The notes under the pieces are model-generated. The model did not search any database. It had not been told where the DNA came from and worked only from the letters and a program-made list of their open reading frames with translations. Positions 63,109-64,000 of a stretch of 64,000 bases of DNA are shown here, in pieces (the first letter of the stretch is position 1; every line of letters starts with the position of its first letter). Position numbers and translations under genes: made by a program. Location: positions 4,720 through 68,719 of the IMG/VR virus record IMGVR_UViG_2918843722_000002. One strand, 5' to 3'. The stretch is from a virus (lineage: Duplodnaviria; Caudoviricetes).

Positions 63109-63399
63109 CTAGCCCGCTTGCGGCGCACTGTTTCTCATCACATCAACAATGCAGTATGCCCATTTTGCACCGTAGTCGGCCGATCCCATTGCATATCGTT
63201 CAGCGCGCGCTACATCGTCCATAGTAGGAGCGCGCAAACCAAGAAAAACGGCCTGTTGAGCGGCTTCTCGGAACACCGCTTCACGCTCGCATTTTATCCA
63301 TTCATCGACGCTGCGCTCCTTGCGCCTGCCCGCTTCCTGCTGGAACGCGCGATAAATACTGCGCGCCGGTTCGTGCCTTGGTTCAAAAACATCCCTCAT
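63109..63399 (-). CDS. Hypothetical early-type protein
   Basis: GGAAGG RBS, 96 aa. Confidence 0.65.
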   Translation of the reverse strand: MRDVFEPRHEPARSIYRAFQQEAGRRKERSVDEWIKCEREAVFREAAQQAVFLGLRAPTMDDVARAERYAMGSADYGAKWAYCIVDVMRNSAPQAG

Positions 63400-63425
63400 C
63401 CCTTCCTCCCGCGCCTAAGCGCACA

Positions 63426-63746
63426 TCAACCTTCAGTTTTCATCCGGGACGGTACGTTACCAGTTGGCATCACAATAGGCGGCATAGGCGCCAGCTTTAG
63501 AAATTCGACGGCCTGATCGTGCAGCGCCATGGCGCGCTTCGTCTGGCACAGGGCCAGCGCGAGAGCGGCGTCTTGCACGGTCATCCGCCCATAGCGCACC
63601 GCATCAACCGCTTGACGGCATGCGGGATCGACCTTGGCTAGCTCCTGAATTTCGCCCCACACGTCAATGCGTTGCTCTCCTGTCCTCGACGTGTCAACAG
63701 CGCTGCCTAGCATTTCGGACGGCAATGCGTTCCATTGTTCGTTCAC
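63426..63746 (-). CDS. Hypothetical early-type protein
   Basis: GTG start overlapping the upstream stop, GGAGG RBS. Confidence 0.6.
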   Translation of the reverse strand: MNEQWNALPSEMLGSAVDTSRTGEQRIDVWGEIQELAKVDPACRQAVDAVRYGRMTVQDAALALALCQTKRAMALHDQAVEFLKLAPMPPIVMPTGNVPSRMKTEG

Positions 63747-64000
63747 ACTCCCTCCTTCCCTGCATCGCGCGGCGCGTCATCTTTCCCGCCAGCCTCCCAC
63801 AACTCCCGCCCATCCTTGGTCTCACCAGACTTCCATGCCCACGCCAGAGCCAGCTTTGCCCATGGTTCGTCTTTCGGGCAACCTGTTACGTCGCAGAAAT
63901 GGCGATAGTCATCGTCAAGCGTATGCCCCTGCTTGTTCTTCACAGACGGGTCAGGATGCACGACGGTCATAATCGCGTCAGGGTTTCGGTATTCGAACAT
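63743..64000 (-). CDS. Hypothetical protein, may extend beyond the window
   Basis: Open frame up to the window edge. Confidence 0.5.
   Translation of the reverse strand: MFEYRNPDAIMTVVHPDPSVKNKQGHTLDDDYRHFCDVTGCPKDEPWAKLALAWAWKSGETKDGRELWEAGGKDDAPRDAGKEGV

Overview
The whole 64 kb reads as one temperate, contractile-tailed (myovirus-type) phage or prophage genome. A Burkholderiaceae host is inferred from the GC-rich composition and gene style, not checked. Layout: leftward early operon (1-11.8 kb: MazG-like, YqaJ exonuclease/RecT, acyl carrier protein, several HNH genes); lambda-like cI/cro switch with paired 17-bp operators (11.8-13.5 kb); replication and nin-like region (initiator, primase-helicase, SSB, DUF4406, DUF5664, NinG, SLOG, Q-like, HAD; 13.5-24.1 kb); late promoter plus about 0.9 kb of structured non-coding DNA (24.1-25.8 kb); packaging, head, tail and baseplate genes (28.4-55.2 kb); acyltransferase and HigBA morons; split lysis genes; SGNH esterase. 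Leftward early-type genes resume at 63.1-64 kb, suggesting a circularly permuted genome. No integrase is visible. The most unusual signals are non-coding: (i) four tRNA-shaped elements without a normal anticodon arm, two of them 51 kb apart and sharing a 23-nt D-arm-like sequence (one ends in ACCA, the other has its own sigma70 promoter); (ii) three C4-like RNA elements whose loop is complementary to two sites just before the next start codon. Also notable: a Nudix hydrolase fused to the head protease, signal peptides on fibre-like proteins, and a CI-operator-like site in the acyltransferase operon promoter. All protein calls come from motif recognition and synteny, with no database search; RNA folds were paired by eye.
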